From the IMG/VR virus record IMGVR_UViG_3300012953_002453: 64,000 nucleotides of DNA; one strand, written 5' to 3'. The translations under genes and the position numbers were made by a program. This document shows, in pieces, positions 38,163 through 47,062 of the stretch (position 1 is the first letter of the stretch; each line of letters starts with the position of its first letter). Source of the DNA: an uncultured virus (IMG/VR IMGVR_UViG_3300012953_002453). Lineage: Duplodnaviria; Heunggongvirae; Uroviricota; Caudoviricetes. Under the pieces are notes generated by a model that saw only the letters and a list, made by a program, of their open reading frames with translations, was not told the DNA's origin and ran no database searches.

Positions 38163-38702
38163 CTACCAGTAAAAGTTACCTCCACCCGATAGTCCTAATG
38201 ACTTCGCATAACGAGGTAAGTTGCAAGCCCAATAGGCAGCACTTGTTTTATCTTTTTGTTGGTCGCACTTATGACGAGCAGCAAAAGATTTTCTGGCTTG
38301 TTTGTCGTTTAACTTAACTCTTAAACCAGTAGTGTCTCCCCAAGTAACCTTCTTAATCTTATCTCCGTCCTTTACAAAAACATAAAACTTTTTAGGTCCA
38401 CCTTTTTTTGGTTTATTTAAAGGCGGATTCTTTTCGTCTTCTTCTTGTATCGGACAATCTAAAGGTACTTTCATACCTTCATATTCTGCAAATTCTCCAA
38501 TGTCTGTTTCTAATAAAGTTCTATCCCATTCACTTTCGCATTGTAATAGACCTTCATTAAACATATGTCTTGCTTCTCTAAACAAGGCATAAAACTCTTC
38601 GCTATGTACTCTATATATGTTCTCAGCAAGAGGTATGCTATTCTCAATATGATAGTTTAACGAGACCGTTATCTTATCTGCATAATCACTAAACCTTAAC
38701 AT
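38163..38702 (-). CDS. Conserved phage protein (DUF6321-like C-terminus)
   Basis: KKFYVFVK...KV.WGD, ARKSF.ARHKC...AAYWAC. Confidence 0.7.
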   Translation of the reverse strand: MLRFSDYADKITVSLNYHIENSIPLAENIYRVHSEEFYALFREARHMFNEGLLQCESEWDRTLLETDIGEFAEYEGMKVPLDCPIQEEDEKNPPLNKPKKGGPKKFYVFVKDGDKIKKVTWGDTTGLRVKLNDKQARKSFAARHKCDQQKDKTSAAYWACNLPRYAKSLGLSGGGNFYW

Positions 38703-41612
38703 ATTCTTTAAAAGATTGTACTTTCAATCTCTCCTCCATTTTTTTCACAGCGTCATTCAATTCTACTTGATACTCTTCTCCGTATCGTTTCTTATATTTA
38801 TCAATAGTCTCACTTGAAGAAGCCCATTTCTGTATATCTTCTTGGTTTATTGTCTCTGGACTCGTTTCTGCACGCTGTCCTGGGGTTACTCTTTTAGTAT
38901 GGTCTGCATAATCTTTACCTATCTCGTAAGATTCTTTACCATACATTTGTTGATATTTCTTTGTATGTACACTAGTAGTTGTCTTTGCGTCTTTATCTCC
39001 TGGTGCAGCTTTGTAATCTTTATCATTATCTGATTTATTATATTTTTGTTTAGAAAAGTGTTTTGCTCTTTTTTCTTTTTCACCTTTCTTCATATCTTTG
39101 TAATACTTTTTAGGTTGTGTACCTTTTTTAGATTTTACATCTTTATCTTGTGGTAATTTCTTACCATATTCTTCATTCATTTTGACTTCCGTTTCTGATA
39201 CTGCTTCAAAACCATAGTCTACATTTAAATTAATTTCGTGTAATTTAGTTTCATCTATGTTAGTCTGTGGAATACAATTCCATATCCAACATTTATGTAA
39301 GTTAGAATTATTGTCTTCTAATACAACATAGTTTGTACTTCTACGAATTACTTTACCTGTAATCTCTTGTTCTTGGTCTTCAACACTATCGTTTATGTTA
39401 AATAGTTGTTCACGGATATACAAGTCTCTTAAATGCCATTTAGTAAAGCTTTCAACACTAGCGATAGGTTGATATGTTCCGATACCTGGTCCAGTATAAC
39501 CTGCAGCCAAGTTCATTCCTTTTCTAATTAATCCAAATAGTTTATCTTTGTCTCTAAAAGATGTAGGTAGACCTTGTTTAAAAGATTTAAGGTCATTAGA
39601 TTGAGCCGCAGCTCTCATTTTACTTGCTGACATTCCCATAGCGCCTTCAGCGTCTGGGTCTCTTTCGCCAGCAGATACGATATTGATTTTATCAAACTCG
39701 TAATTTGTTCCTCTTGCTTGTACACCGTTGTACTTGTTTAGTAGTGTTTCAAATTCTCTTACTCTATCTGAACCAACTACCATTGTTATTTCGTTTGCTT
39801 TGCCATTTAATTTATTAACAACTTCAATTGCTGTTCTAGCACCAGTAATTTGTTTTATCTTACTTGCGTGTCTAGGAAACATAGATTTCATAACTCTAAT
39901 CTTGTCGTTAACTTTTAATGGATTTTTCTTTGGGTCTTGCGAACCACTTGGCACAATGAGATAATCATTAGCACCTACAGACGCCACTTTGTTAATTAAC
40001 TTTTCGTGGCCTATCGTTGGTGGATTAAATCTACCAAATGTAAATGCGATATGTTTTTTAGGTGTGCCTACTGCTTCAGTTTTTAGACTATCAATTTCTT
40101 TATCGGTAACTATACCGTCATCTAAAATCTTCTTGCACTTTTTAAAGAAAGTAATGTAATGATATTTCTCTAACATCTTATAGATTACATTTTTAGGTAA
40201 TCTGTTTTTAATACTATACTTTCTGATTTCGTCTGGCGACATATCTGTATCAAACGCACTTCTTCTTTCTGCGTCAACACCGTCACCAATCTTTATTATG
40301 TCCTCTATATCAGTTTCTATTTCTTCTAACTTACTCTCTACTCTTGCTTGTAAGTTTTCTATATCGTCAGGACTTAATTCTTTTAATTCGTCATAGTCAA
40401 CAATGTCTCTTTTTAGTTCACCTTTGACTACATCTATTTCTTGTACTTTCTTATTGAAGTCAGCAATATAATCATCAACATTAAAAGTAAAATCTTCAGG
40501 TCTTTTAACAAATACATTTCTTGTAATTGAAAATACTGCGTCTGCTTTTTTCTCTTGGTCTTTATATGTTGCTTCATCGGTTACAAAATAATAGTTAATA
40601 GGATGTTTTGTACCAGGTATTAATTTACCTTGTATGTTATTTGGATTCTTTGATGAAAGATATTGTAAAGATAGTCTTTCTCTTTCTGCAACTCTTTCAC
40701 TTTCAGGTACATCAAATAATACATTGATGTCTAGGTCTGCGTCATTTCTATATCTATGTGTTAAAATAGAACCAATCAAACCATACTTAATAACTGGAAA
40801 TTCTTTTTCAAATACTTTGATTTGGTCTTGTATTTGTTTTACTACACTTGCTTTTATTTTAGGATTATTTGTATCTGCATTATCAAATACAGCAGGTGCA
40901 TATGTTTTTCTAGGAATGTCAATAATACTTTCCTGAATATCTACCATATTGATTAACTTATCTGCAATCTTTACAGACATTGTATGGTCAGATGGATAGT
41001 GCCAACCTGCAACAACTCTACCATAACCACATTCATCAGCAAGTTCTATTAGATTATCTTTATGTTTAGGATATAATTTACCATAGTATTCTGCAATTAG
41101 TCTACTTTGTAAACTATGACCAGATGGATATGCTGGTGTCTTCATACTATCAGAAATTAATTCCATACTATCAAAATCCATATTCATTTCTTTTGCAAGT
41201 TCATATGGTCTTGGTCTTTGAAATTTGTTTTTGTAATGTCTAACTACACCACTACCTGCTTTCTTTAATTCAGATATATCTTTCTTATCATATTCTAAAT
41301 TATATTTCATCAGGTATGCTTCAATACCATAAAATGTTTCTTGGTCGTGGTTCTTTACGCTTTCTTCAACTGCACTATTTCTTTGTTTAAATAGTTCAGT
41401 CATCATTTCTAATTCTCTTTTAGTTTCAGGACTATCATTTTCAGAAGGTGCTTTAACATCTATTTTTTCCAGTCACCAACAATATTCTGTACAGGTTTGT
41501 CGTCAACTTTAGGGTGTGTCAAATCATTCAAGTCTTCTGCTACAGACTTGCACTTCTTTAATAGTTCTTTAACATAGTCCATTCTATGTTTCTTTTGAAA
41601 ATTATCTGGCAT
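38689..41612 (-). CDS. Multidomain protein: PAP2 acid phosphatase + Pol-beta-type nucleotidyltransferase + HxGH cytidylyltransferase-like domain; apparent frameshift at ~41463
   Basis: K....RPRP / PAYPSGHS / R..AGWHYPSD; GSI......DADLDI; FTFGRFNPPTIGH, VGSDR, MSASKMR; the upstream 50-codon ORF 41460-41612 joins by a -1 shift. Confidence 0.8.
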
Positions 41613-42276
41613 TTCTTTTCTTCGCTAGTTCTTGTTCTATCCATTTCTTTGCGACAAAATTTTGAACAGGTTTTCTAACGAGTCCTCTTATTCGTGTGTA
41701 AACTTTGTTAAGTGTATCTTCACTTGCATTATTATTATCAACTACAATCATATTACCAGTACCAAATAGATTTTGAAATCTACCTATATTACCTTGTACA
41801 ACATTCCAACTCTTCGTTGCAATATTTACAGGCACGGTTCTAGTTCTAACTTTGTTTCTTTGTAATGCAACTTCTAAACTTGTATTTACAAACATCATAT
41901 AAGTATCGTAACCTAACATTCTTAACATACTTCTTTGTTTATTAATAATATCATAGTCTCTACCTGTGGCGTCAATGACAAGACCTAATCTATTTCTAAT
42001 ATATAAGTCCATCTGGTCGCCTGTAATTTGTTTTGCTCTCGCTCTTAATGGGTCTCTTTGACCTGCTTCTTTATCTGGCATTTTTAATGAGAGACCTGCC
42101 TTCTTTAAATACATTTCAAATCTGACATCTGAATTAACTAATTTTAAACCCATACCAGCAGTTGTTCTATTGGTAACATAAGACTTACCAGAACCAGGAC
42201 CACCTGCTAAAAAGAACGCTTTGAATATACCTGGGTCGTAAACGCCTTCTTGTATTATGTGTTTAAAAGTTTTCAT
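41602..42276 (-). CDS. P-loop kinase (zeta-toxin/AAA_33, polynucleotide-kinase-like)
   Basis: LAGGPGSGKS, VNSD, IDATG, AL.RN..R.R. Confidence 0.85.
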   Translation of the reverse strand: MKTFKHIIQEGVYDPGIFKAFFLAGGPGSGKSYVTNRTTAGMGLKLVNSDVRFEMYLKKAGLSLKMPDKEAGQRDPLRARAKQITGDQMDLYIRNRLGLVIDATGRDYDIINKQRSMLRMLGYDTYMMFVNTSLEVALQRNKVRTRTVPVNIATKSWNVVQGNIGRFQNLFGTGNMIVVDNNNASEDTLNKVYTRIRGLVRKPVQNFVAKKWIEQELAKKRNAR

Positions 42277-42569
42277 ACTTTGTATAGAGTATACTTTAAA
42301 GTTAACTCTTCTCCTTCTTTTATATCTTCTAGTGTTTGTACATAATATTTTCCATCAACTTCTATCTTTTGACAATTAGGTTTATCACTATGATTTAAAA
42401 AACCACCAAGTGGTGTTCTATAAATTTCTCTACCCATAGTCAAATGAGAGATACCTAAATCTGTCATCTTATCAATTGTTGCTGTTGCAAATAAACCAAA
42501 ACCTTCTATTGGCGATAACTTTATTGTTATATTATCAGGTAAAGGTCTATACTTATCTGTCATCTCCAC
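42273..42569 (-). CDS. SET-domain protein (lysine methyltransferase-like)
   Basis: G.GLFA, GGFLNHSDKPNC, I..GEELTLKY. Confidence 0.85.
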   Translation of the reverse strand: MEMTDKYRPLPDNITIKLSPIEGFGLFATATIDKMTDLGISHLTMGREIYRTPLGGFLNHSDKPNCQKIEVDGKYYVQTLEDIKEGEELTLKYTLYKV

Positions 42570-42870
42570 TACCTTGTATTTTGTTTCTTTCTTGTCTATC
42601 TTTTAATTTTTGTAAATTTAATTGTGCGATTGTATCTAAATCAATATCTAAATCTCTCGCAAGTGCTGATATGTACCATAACACATCACCTAATTCTTTT
42701 TTCATATCTTCTTTAAATGTAGGACTTGCACCGTCTCTAATATTCTTTTTAACTTTTTCTGCGACTTCACCTGCTTCACCACATAATCCTAATGCAGGAT
42801 AAGTTACCTTACTTGCAAGTGGATAAATTGCTGTGTTTGCAGCTAGAGTTTGGTATTCATTAAATTGCAT
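42553..42870 (-). CDS. MazG-like nucleotide pyrophosphohydrolase
   Basis: LGLCGEAGEVAEKVKK, ELGDVLWY, N..KL..R. Confidence 0.9.
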   Translation of the reverse strand: MQFNEYQTLAANTAIYPLASKVTYPALGLCGEAGEVAEKVKKNIRDGASPTFKEDMKKELGDVLWYISALARDLDIDLDTIAQLNLQKLKDRQERNKIQGSGDDR

Positions 42871-43459
42871 TTTCTATCTCCTTAATAATGTCTTTCGCAA
42901 TATCGCCAGGTTCTTTTCCTTCAGCTTTGATAGATATAAACCCAGGTCTTTTTTTGTAATGTTCAATGGCAGGTCCTGTTTCTTTTTTGTATAACTGGAT
43001 TCTATCATTAATAATATCTGGCTTATCATCTTTTCTTCCTCTCTTTGTAAGTCTTCTAATAACTTCTTCATTACTCACATCAAGGAATACAACAACATCA
43101 TAAGCGATACCATTTTTTTCCATATCTCTTACTTGTTGCATATATCTAGGATAACCATCTAACACATAACCTTTTGAAGCGTCTTTCTCTTGTAATGCTT
43201 TCTTCACTAATTTTAAAACTATATCGTTAGGTGCAAACTTACCTTGGTCTAATAAGTTCTTAATCTTTTGTCCTTCAGGACCACCTTTATCAATTTCTTT
43301 TCTTAATAAACCACCTGGGTAAATATGTTTGATACCGAAGTGTCTTATAATGTATTCACTATAAGTTGATTTACCACTTCCTGGTCCACCCATTATAATA
43401 ACTCTAGTTTGTTTTGCTTCGTTCAAAAAATTGAATAGATATTGTTTAAATGTATCCAT
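42860..43459 (-). CDS. adk: Adenylate kinase family protein
   Basis: GGPGSGKST, G.LLR, LDGYPR, R.DD....I..R...Y...T. Confidence 0.85.
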   Translation of the reverse strand: MDTFKQYLFNFLNEAKQTRVIIMGGPGSGKSTYSEYIIRHFGIKHIYPGGLLRKEIDKGGPEGQKIKNLLDQGKFAPNDIVLKLVKKALQEKDASKGYVLDGYPRYMQQVRDMEKNGIAYDVVVFLDVSNEEVIRRLTKRGRKDDKPDIINDRIQLYKKETGPAIEHYKKRPGFISIKAEGKEPGDIAKDIIKEIENAI

Positions 43460-43460
43460 A

Positions 43461-44675
43461 CTAACCTTTCACCCAATCTTTTGCAATCGTAAAGTTTGCT
43501 CTACTAAATTCTAATCTGTCTACAAGTTTAACTACATTACCAATCTTATCTGTTGCAACATAACCTTCAGGTGATGTTACCTTAAAACCATTATCAGTTT
43601 TTAAAAAGTGTCCGATAGATTGTATCTGTGCTATTTTTCTTACTACAATGTTTTTGCAATTCTGTAATGTGATGTATGTTGCAATTGCGAAATATAAAGA
43701 TTGTTTATTTCTTTGAATAAATTTTATGTTATCTGCTTTTGCTTTAATATAAGGTGCTTTACCTTTTTCTGTTTTTCTATTATCTATTTCTTTGTCAATG
43801 AAACTTGTATAGTATGGTTCAAAACCATCTACTAGTTGTTTAACACTACCCATACCTTGTGTACCTCTAACGATACTATTGAAATATGTTTTAATTTTAA
43901 AACCTACACTTAACTCGTCTCTACTATCAAACTGATTTAACATAGGTCCTGCTTTAGATAAACTACCTTGTGCCATTCTTAACTGAGCATTGAATTGTGA
44001 AACTTCAGCACGATTGAAACTTGCACTACCACTAGCGTCTTTGTATTCTGCACTTGGTACCCATACACTACCACTTCTGATTCCTCTAACATATCCAAAG
44101 TTAGCATTTAATTCTGACATTTTATTACCAACATATTGAGTATGAAACACTATGCCCATTCTAGCACGAGCAATCTTACGACCGACAGCACTATTAACAG
44201 GCATAGCATATGTTATAGTATTAGGAGTAAAGGTAATCATTGATTGTCCGTCAATGTTATTCACTTTCTTATCTTCATTAGTAAAGAGACAATCACCTTG
44301 GACAATGCCTCTTATACCTAATTTTTTCAATTCTCTTAATGCAACTTCTAATTTTGCACCAACACCACCTGGGTGATTTCTTCTTATGTCTGCTGAAGTG
44401 TAATTGATTTTAGGAGTTTTATTGAATACAGATTTTGTACCGACAAAGAATTTGCCGTTTTCAGGATTAGTTCCACATACTATCGCAGGAGCGCCGTCCC
44501 ACTTAACGGTTACATTTACTCTATTGCTAACATTACCTGTTAACATTTTCTGCAAAGATTGTAAGAACGCTATTGCGTTTCTACCGCCTTTGGCACCGTT
44601 ATTAATTATTTCGTCTTCTAAATGCTCAAGGTGTGTGTTCGTACCCGAGCTAGAATATCCTTTAAAACTAAACAT
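43461..44675 (-). CDS. DUF6267-like protein with ligase-type nucleotidyltransferase motifs
   Basis: HLEHLED, TVKWDGAP, QGD, PEGYV, VKLVDRLEFS. Confidence 0.7.
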   Translation of the reverse strand: MFSFKGYSSSGTNTHLEHLEDEIINNGAKGGRNAIAFLQSLQKMLTGNVSNRVNVTVKWDGAPAIVCGTNPENGKFFVGTKSVFNKTPKINYTSADIRRNHPGGVGAKLEVALRELKKLGIRGIVQGDCLFTNEDKKVNNIDGQSMITFTPNTITYAMPVNSAVGRKIARARMGIVFHTQYVGNKMSELNANFGYVRGIRSGSVWVPSAEYKDASGSASFNRAEVSQFNAQLRMAQGSLSKAGPMLNQFDSRDELSVGFKIKTYFNSIVRGTQGMGSVKQLVDGFEPYYTSFIDKEIDNRKTEKGKAPYIKAKADNIKFIQRNKQSLYFAIATYITLQNCKNIVVRKIAQIQSIGHFLKTDNGFKVTSPEGYVATDKIGNVVKLVDRLEFSRANFTIAKDWVKG

Positions 44676-44745
44676 TTTTGTCCTTCATTTTTTCCATATA
44701 CAAATAAACTATCCATTAATATAAATCTTCACTTCGTTGTGCTAC

Positions 44746-44753
44746 TATTTATA
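44746..44753 (-). promoter_or_regulatory. Late promoter TATAAATA heading the 44675->35577 gene run
   Basis: Exact match, intergenic. Confidence 0.75.
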
Positions 44754-44757
44754 AGTC

Positions 44758-46176
44758 TTATGACACCTTAACAAAGAAAGAAGATAAATCAGTACTAGAA
44801 GCTGCGTATTTTATAATATCCGTACATACATTATTTCTTTGTGTTGATGTTGCACTCATCATAGTATCTAAAAATAGTAGACACATATTCTTACTGAATA
44901 TAAAACTACCACCTTTATCTAAACATTGTTTGATAAACGGTTTAACATCTACTGGATTCTTCGCATACTTCTTATATAGGACATACATATCATTTAACTT
45001 GACTTGACTACTTGGTGTTTCTTTCCAACCAGATAATAAGCCTTGTGAACCTATAGATTTTCGTATGTGTTTCTCACAATAGAAATTTAAATTACCACCA
45101 CCGATTTTACCACCGGCAGCACTCAATCCTTTTATCTCTCCTTGCCAAGATGAAGAAGAGTTAAATGCTCTAAACTGAACATTCGCACTACCCATATTCA
45201 TATACATATCAATTGAAGAAAAGAAATCGTTATTTTTTCCAAATACATAATTCTTATAAGCGTGTGATACTAACTTCACTCTTTCAGGAGCATTGTACTC
45301 TTCTAACTTAACGGTACTACCTAATTTCTTTAGAGAGATACCTAATAAAAAAGTTCTAGGAGTATTTAATCTACCTGCTTTGTCTAATACTGCTTGATTT
45401 AGTATTCCCCAATCTTGCTTAAACATTGCAAGAGGATCCGAACCTGGTGTCATTGTAGTCATCCATATATCACCTGGATTCCATTTATCATCTGAAAAAC
45501 TACCTGGTGCTAATGGTGCTCTACCATCTTTCTGTGCCATTTGTTTATCTATTTTTATTACTTCTTTTTTAGCTGCATATACTTTACCCATAAAAGTACT
45601 GCCTCTATGAAAGTAAACACCACCTGTAACCTTTGATGAATACTTTTTATAAATTTCGTTTGCTGTTTTTATAAATGTACCACTTTCAATCCAATCTGAT
45701 GGTACTCTATCTTTAAACGCTTTATAGTCTACGGTAGCCTGTACATAACGAGAAGCCTTTTCCATATTGGCGTCTGTAATGTCTGATAACTTTAGTGGAC
45801 CTTTTTTAACATTAAATGCTAATGAACAATAATAACATTGTCCACTTTCAGTAATTGCGGTCACAGCTGCACCACCACCTGAACCACCTCCACCACCAAA
45901 TAGTGGTGACTTATAAATTTGTGTAAGAGATATTTCTTCTATCTTACTTCCCGTAGAAGATTTGACTTGAATAACACAAGGCCAAGAATTAGGTTTTGAT
46001 ACAATTGCGATACCTTCTAGTTTACGACCACTAGATGTTTTACCTTCAACAAATCTTTCTTTGTTGTTAATCATTAATTGTACAATTTCAAAACGAGACT
46101 TACCAGCATACTTACCATTCTTGGCTGCATATGGTTTATTATCTCTTATAAAATCGTTCTTCGTAAAAACTGCCAT
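44758..46176 (-). CDS. Hypothetical protein with PD-(D/E)XK-like nuclease signature
   Basis: E, DKWNPGDIW, GISLKK. Confidence 0.6.
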   Translation of the reverse strand: MAVFTKNDFIRDNKPYAAKNGKYAGKSRFEIVQLMINNKERFVEGKTSSGRKLEGIAIVSKPNSWPCVIQVKSSTGSKIEEISLTQIYKSPLFGGGGGSGGGAAVTAITESGQCYYCSLAFNVKKGPLKLSDITDANMEKASRYVQATVDYKAFKDRVPSDWIESGTFIKTANEIYKKYSSKVTGGVYFHRGSTFMGKVYAAKKEVIKIDKQMAQKDGRAPLAPGSFSDDKWNPGDIWMTTMTPGSDPLAMFKQDWGILNQAVLDKAGRLNTPRTFLLGISLKKLGSTVKLEEYNAPERVKLVSHAYKNYVFGKNNDFFSSIDMYMNMGSANVQFRAFNSSSSWQGEIKGLSAAGGKIGGGNLNFYCEKHIRKSIGSQGLLSGWKETPSSQVKLNDMYVLYKKYAKNPVDVKPFIKQCLDKGGSFIFSKNMCLLFLDTMMSATSTQRNNVCTDIIKYAASSTDLSSFFVKVS

Positions 46177-46235
46177 TGTTAATTCTCCATTTATATTCTC
46201 TCTTATACTACTACATATTTATTGATTTGTCAAGC

Positions 46236-46312
46236 TGGCGACCTCGGCAGGACTTGAACCTGCAACATCCAGTTTAGAAGACTGGTGCTCTATCCAGTTG
46301 AGCTACGAGGCC
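46236..46312 (-). tRNA. tRNA-Arg (TCT), CCA encoded
   Basis: Cloverleaf; anticodon arm CCAGT-CTTCTAA-ACTGG; GGTTCAAGTCC. Confidence 0.95.
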
Positions 46313-46323
46313 ATACTCCAGAT

Positions 46324-46408
46324 TGGTGCCACCGACCGGACTTGAACCGGTAAGGATTACTCCGACGGATTTTAAGTCCGTTGTGTTTACCAATTTCACC
46401 ACGGTGGC
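46324..46408 (-). tRNA. tRNA-Leu (TAA), CCA encoded
   Basis: Cloverleaf with long variable arm; ACGGA-CTTAAAA-TCCGT. Confidence 0.95.
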
Positions 46409-46416
46409 GAAACTGA

Positions 46417-46698
46417 TTAAGCGGCTATTGTTTGTTGTGCGATAACCATATCAACTGCCTTTTCCCATAGTTTAGTTGCACCGTCATAAGTGTCAAAACC
46501 TTCTTCGTCTGCAAAGTCCATAGTTGAAGAAGACATAACACCGTCAATAGGCATTGTATGATTGGTAATGATTTTAGCGATAGTCTCTACTTTCGCTGTG
46601 TTGTAGATAAGACCTTGTTCAGTAGTTATTTCAAGTTCACCATTGTTAGCAGACAAGAAATTGATTGGGTCGTTTGAGTTAGTGTTTGGAAAATTCAT
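46417..46698 (-). CDS. Hypothetical early protein
   Basis: AAGGA SD; SSTMDFA.E.GF. Confidence 0.7.
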   Translation of the reverse strand: MNFPNTNSNDPINFLSANNGELEITTEQGLIYNTAKVETIAKIITNHTMPIDGVMSSSTMDFADEEGFDTYDGATKLWEKAVDMVIAQQTIAA

Positions 46699-46732
46699 AG
46701 TATATCCTTCTTTCATCATTGATTATGTATAT

Positions 46733-46774
46733 ACTATAACACACGCATAGCGTAGTGTCAAGCAAAAAACGAGC
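46733..46774 (-). promoter_or_regulatory. Extended early promoter GCTCGTTTTTTGCTTGACA-17-TATAGT
   Basis: Repeated motif; would also drive the tRNAs. Confidence 0.8.
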
Positions 46775-46794
46775 AAAAAGTAAAAAAAATGAAT

Positions 46795-47058
46795 TTATTT
46801 TGGTTGCATTTCACAAAGAAAATGAGGTATGCCTCCGTTAACTTCCCATACTCTTTCTTTATTCTGAAATCTAACTAGTGACCTAGCATCCTTTTCAAAA
46901 AAGAAGTCTTTGACAATAACATTAGTAGGTTTTTCTATTACTCTCCAGTAAATCTTACCTCTCTTCTTAATCATTGTCTTTGTGTAGTGTAGTTTTTCGC
47001 CAGGCTCTAACCGTCTACTTTGTTTTTGTTTTGTTGGTTTTGTATTTTTTCTAGGCAT
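46795..47058 (-). CDS. Basic hypothetical protein
   Basis: Start revised to MPRKNT. Confidence 0.65.
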   Translation of the reverse strand: MPRKNTKPTKQKQSRRLEPGEKLHYTKTMIKKRGKIYWRVIEKPTNVIVKDFFFEKDARSLVRFQNKERVWEVNGGIPHFLCEMQPK

Positions 47059-47062
47059 AAGT

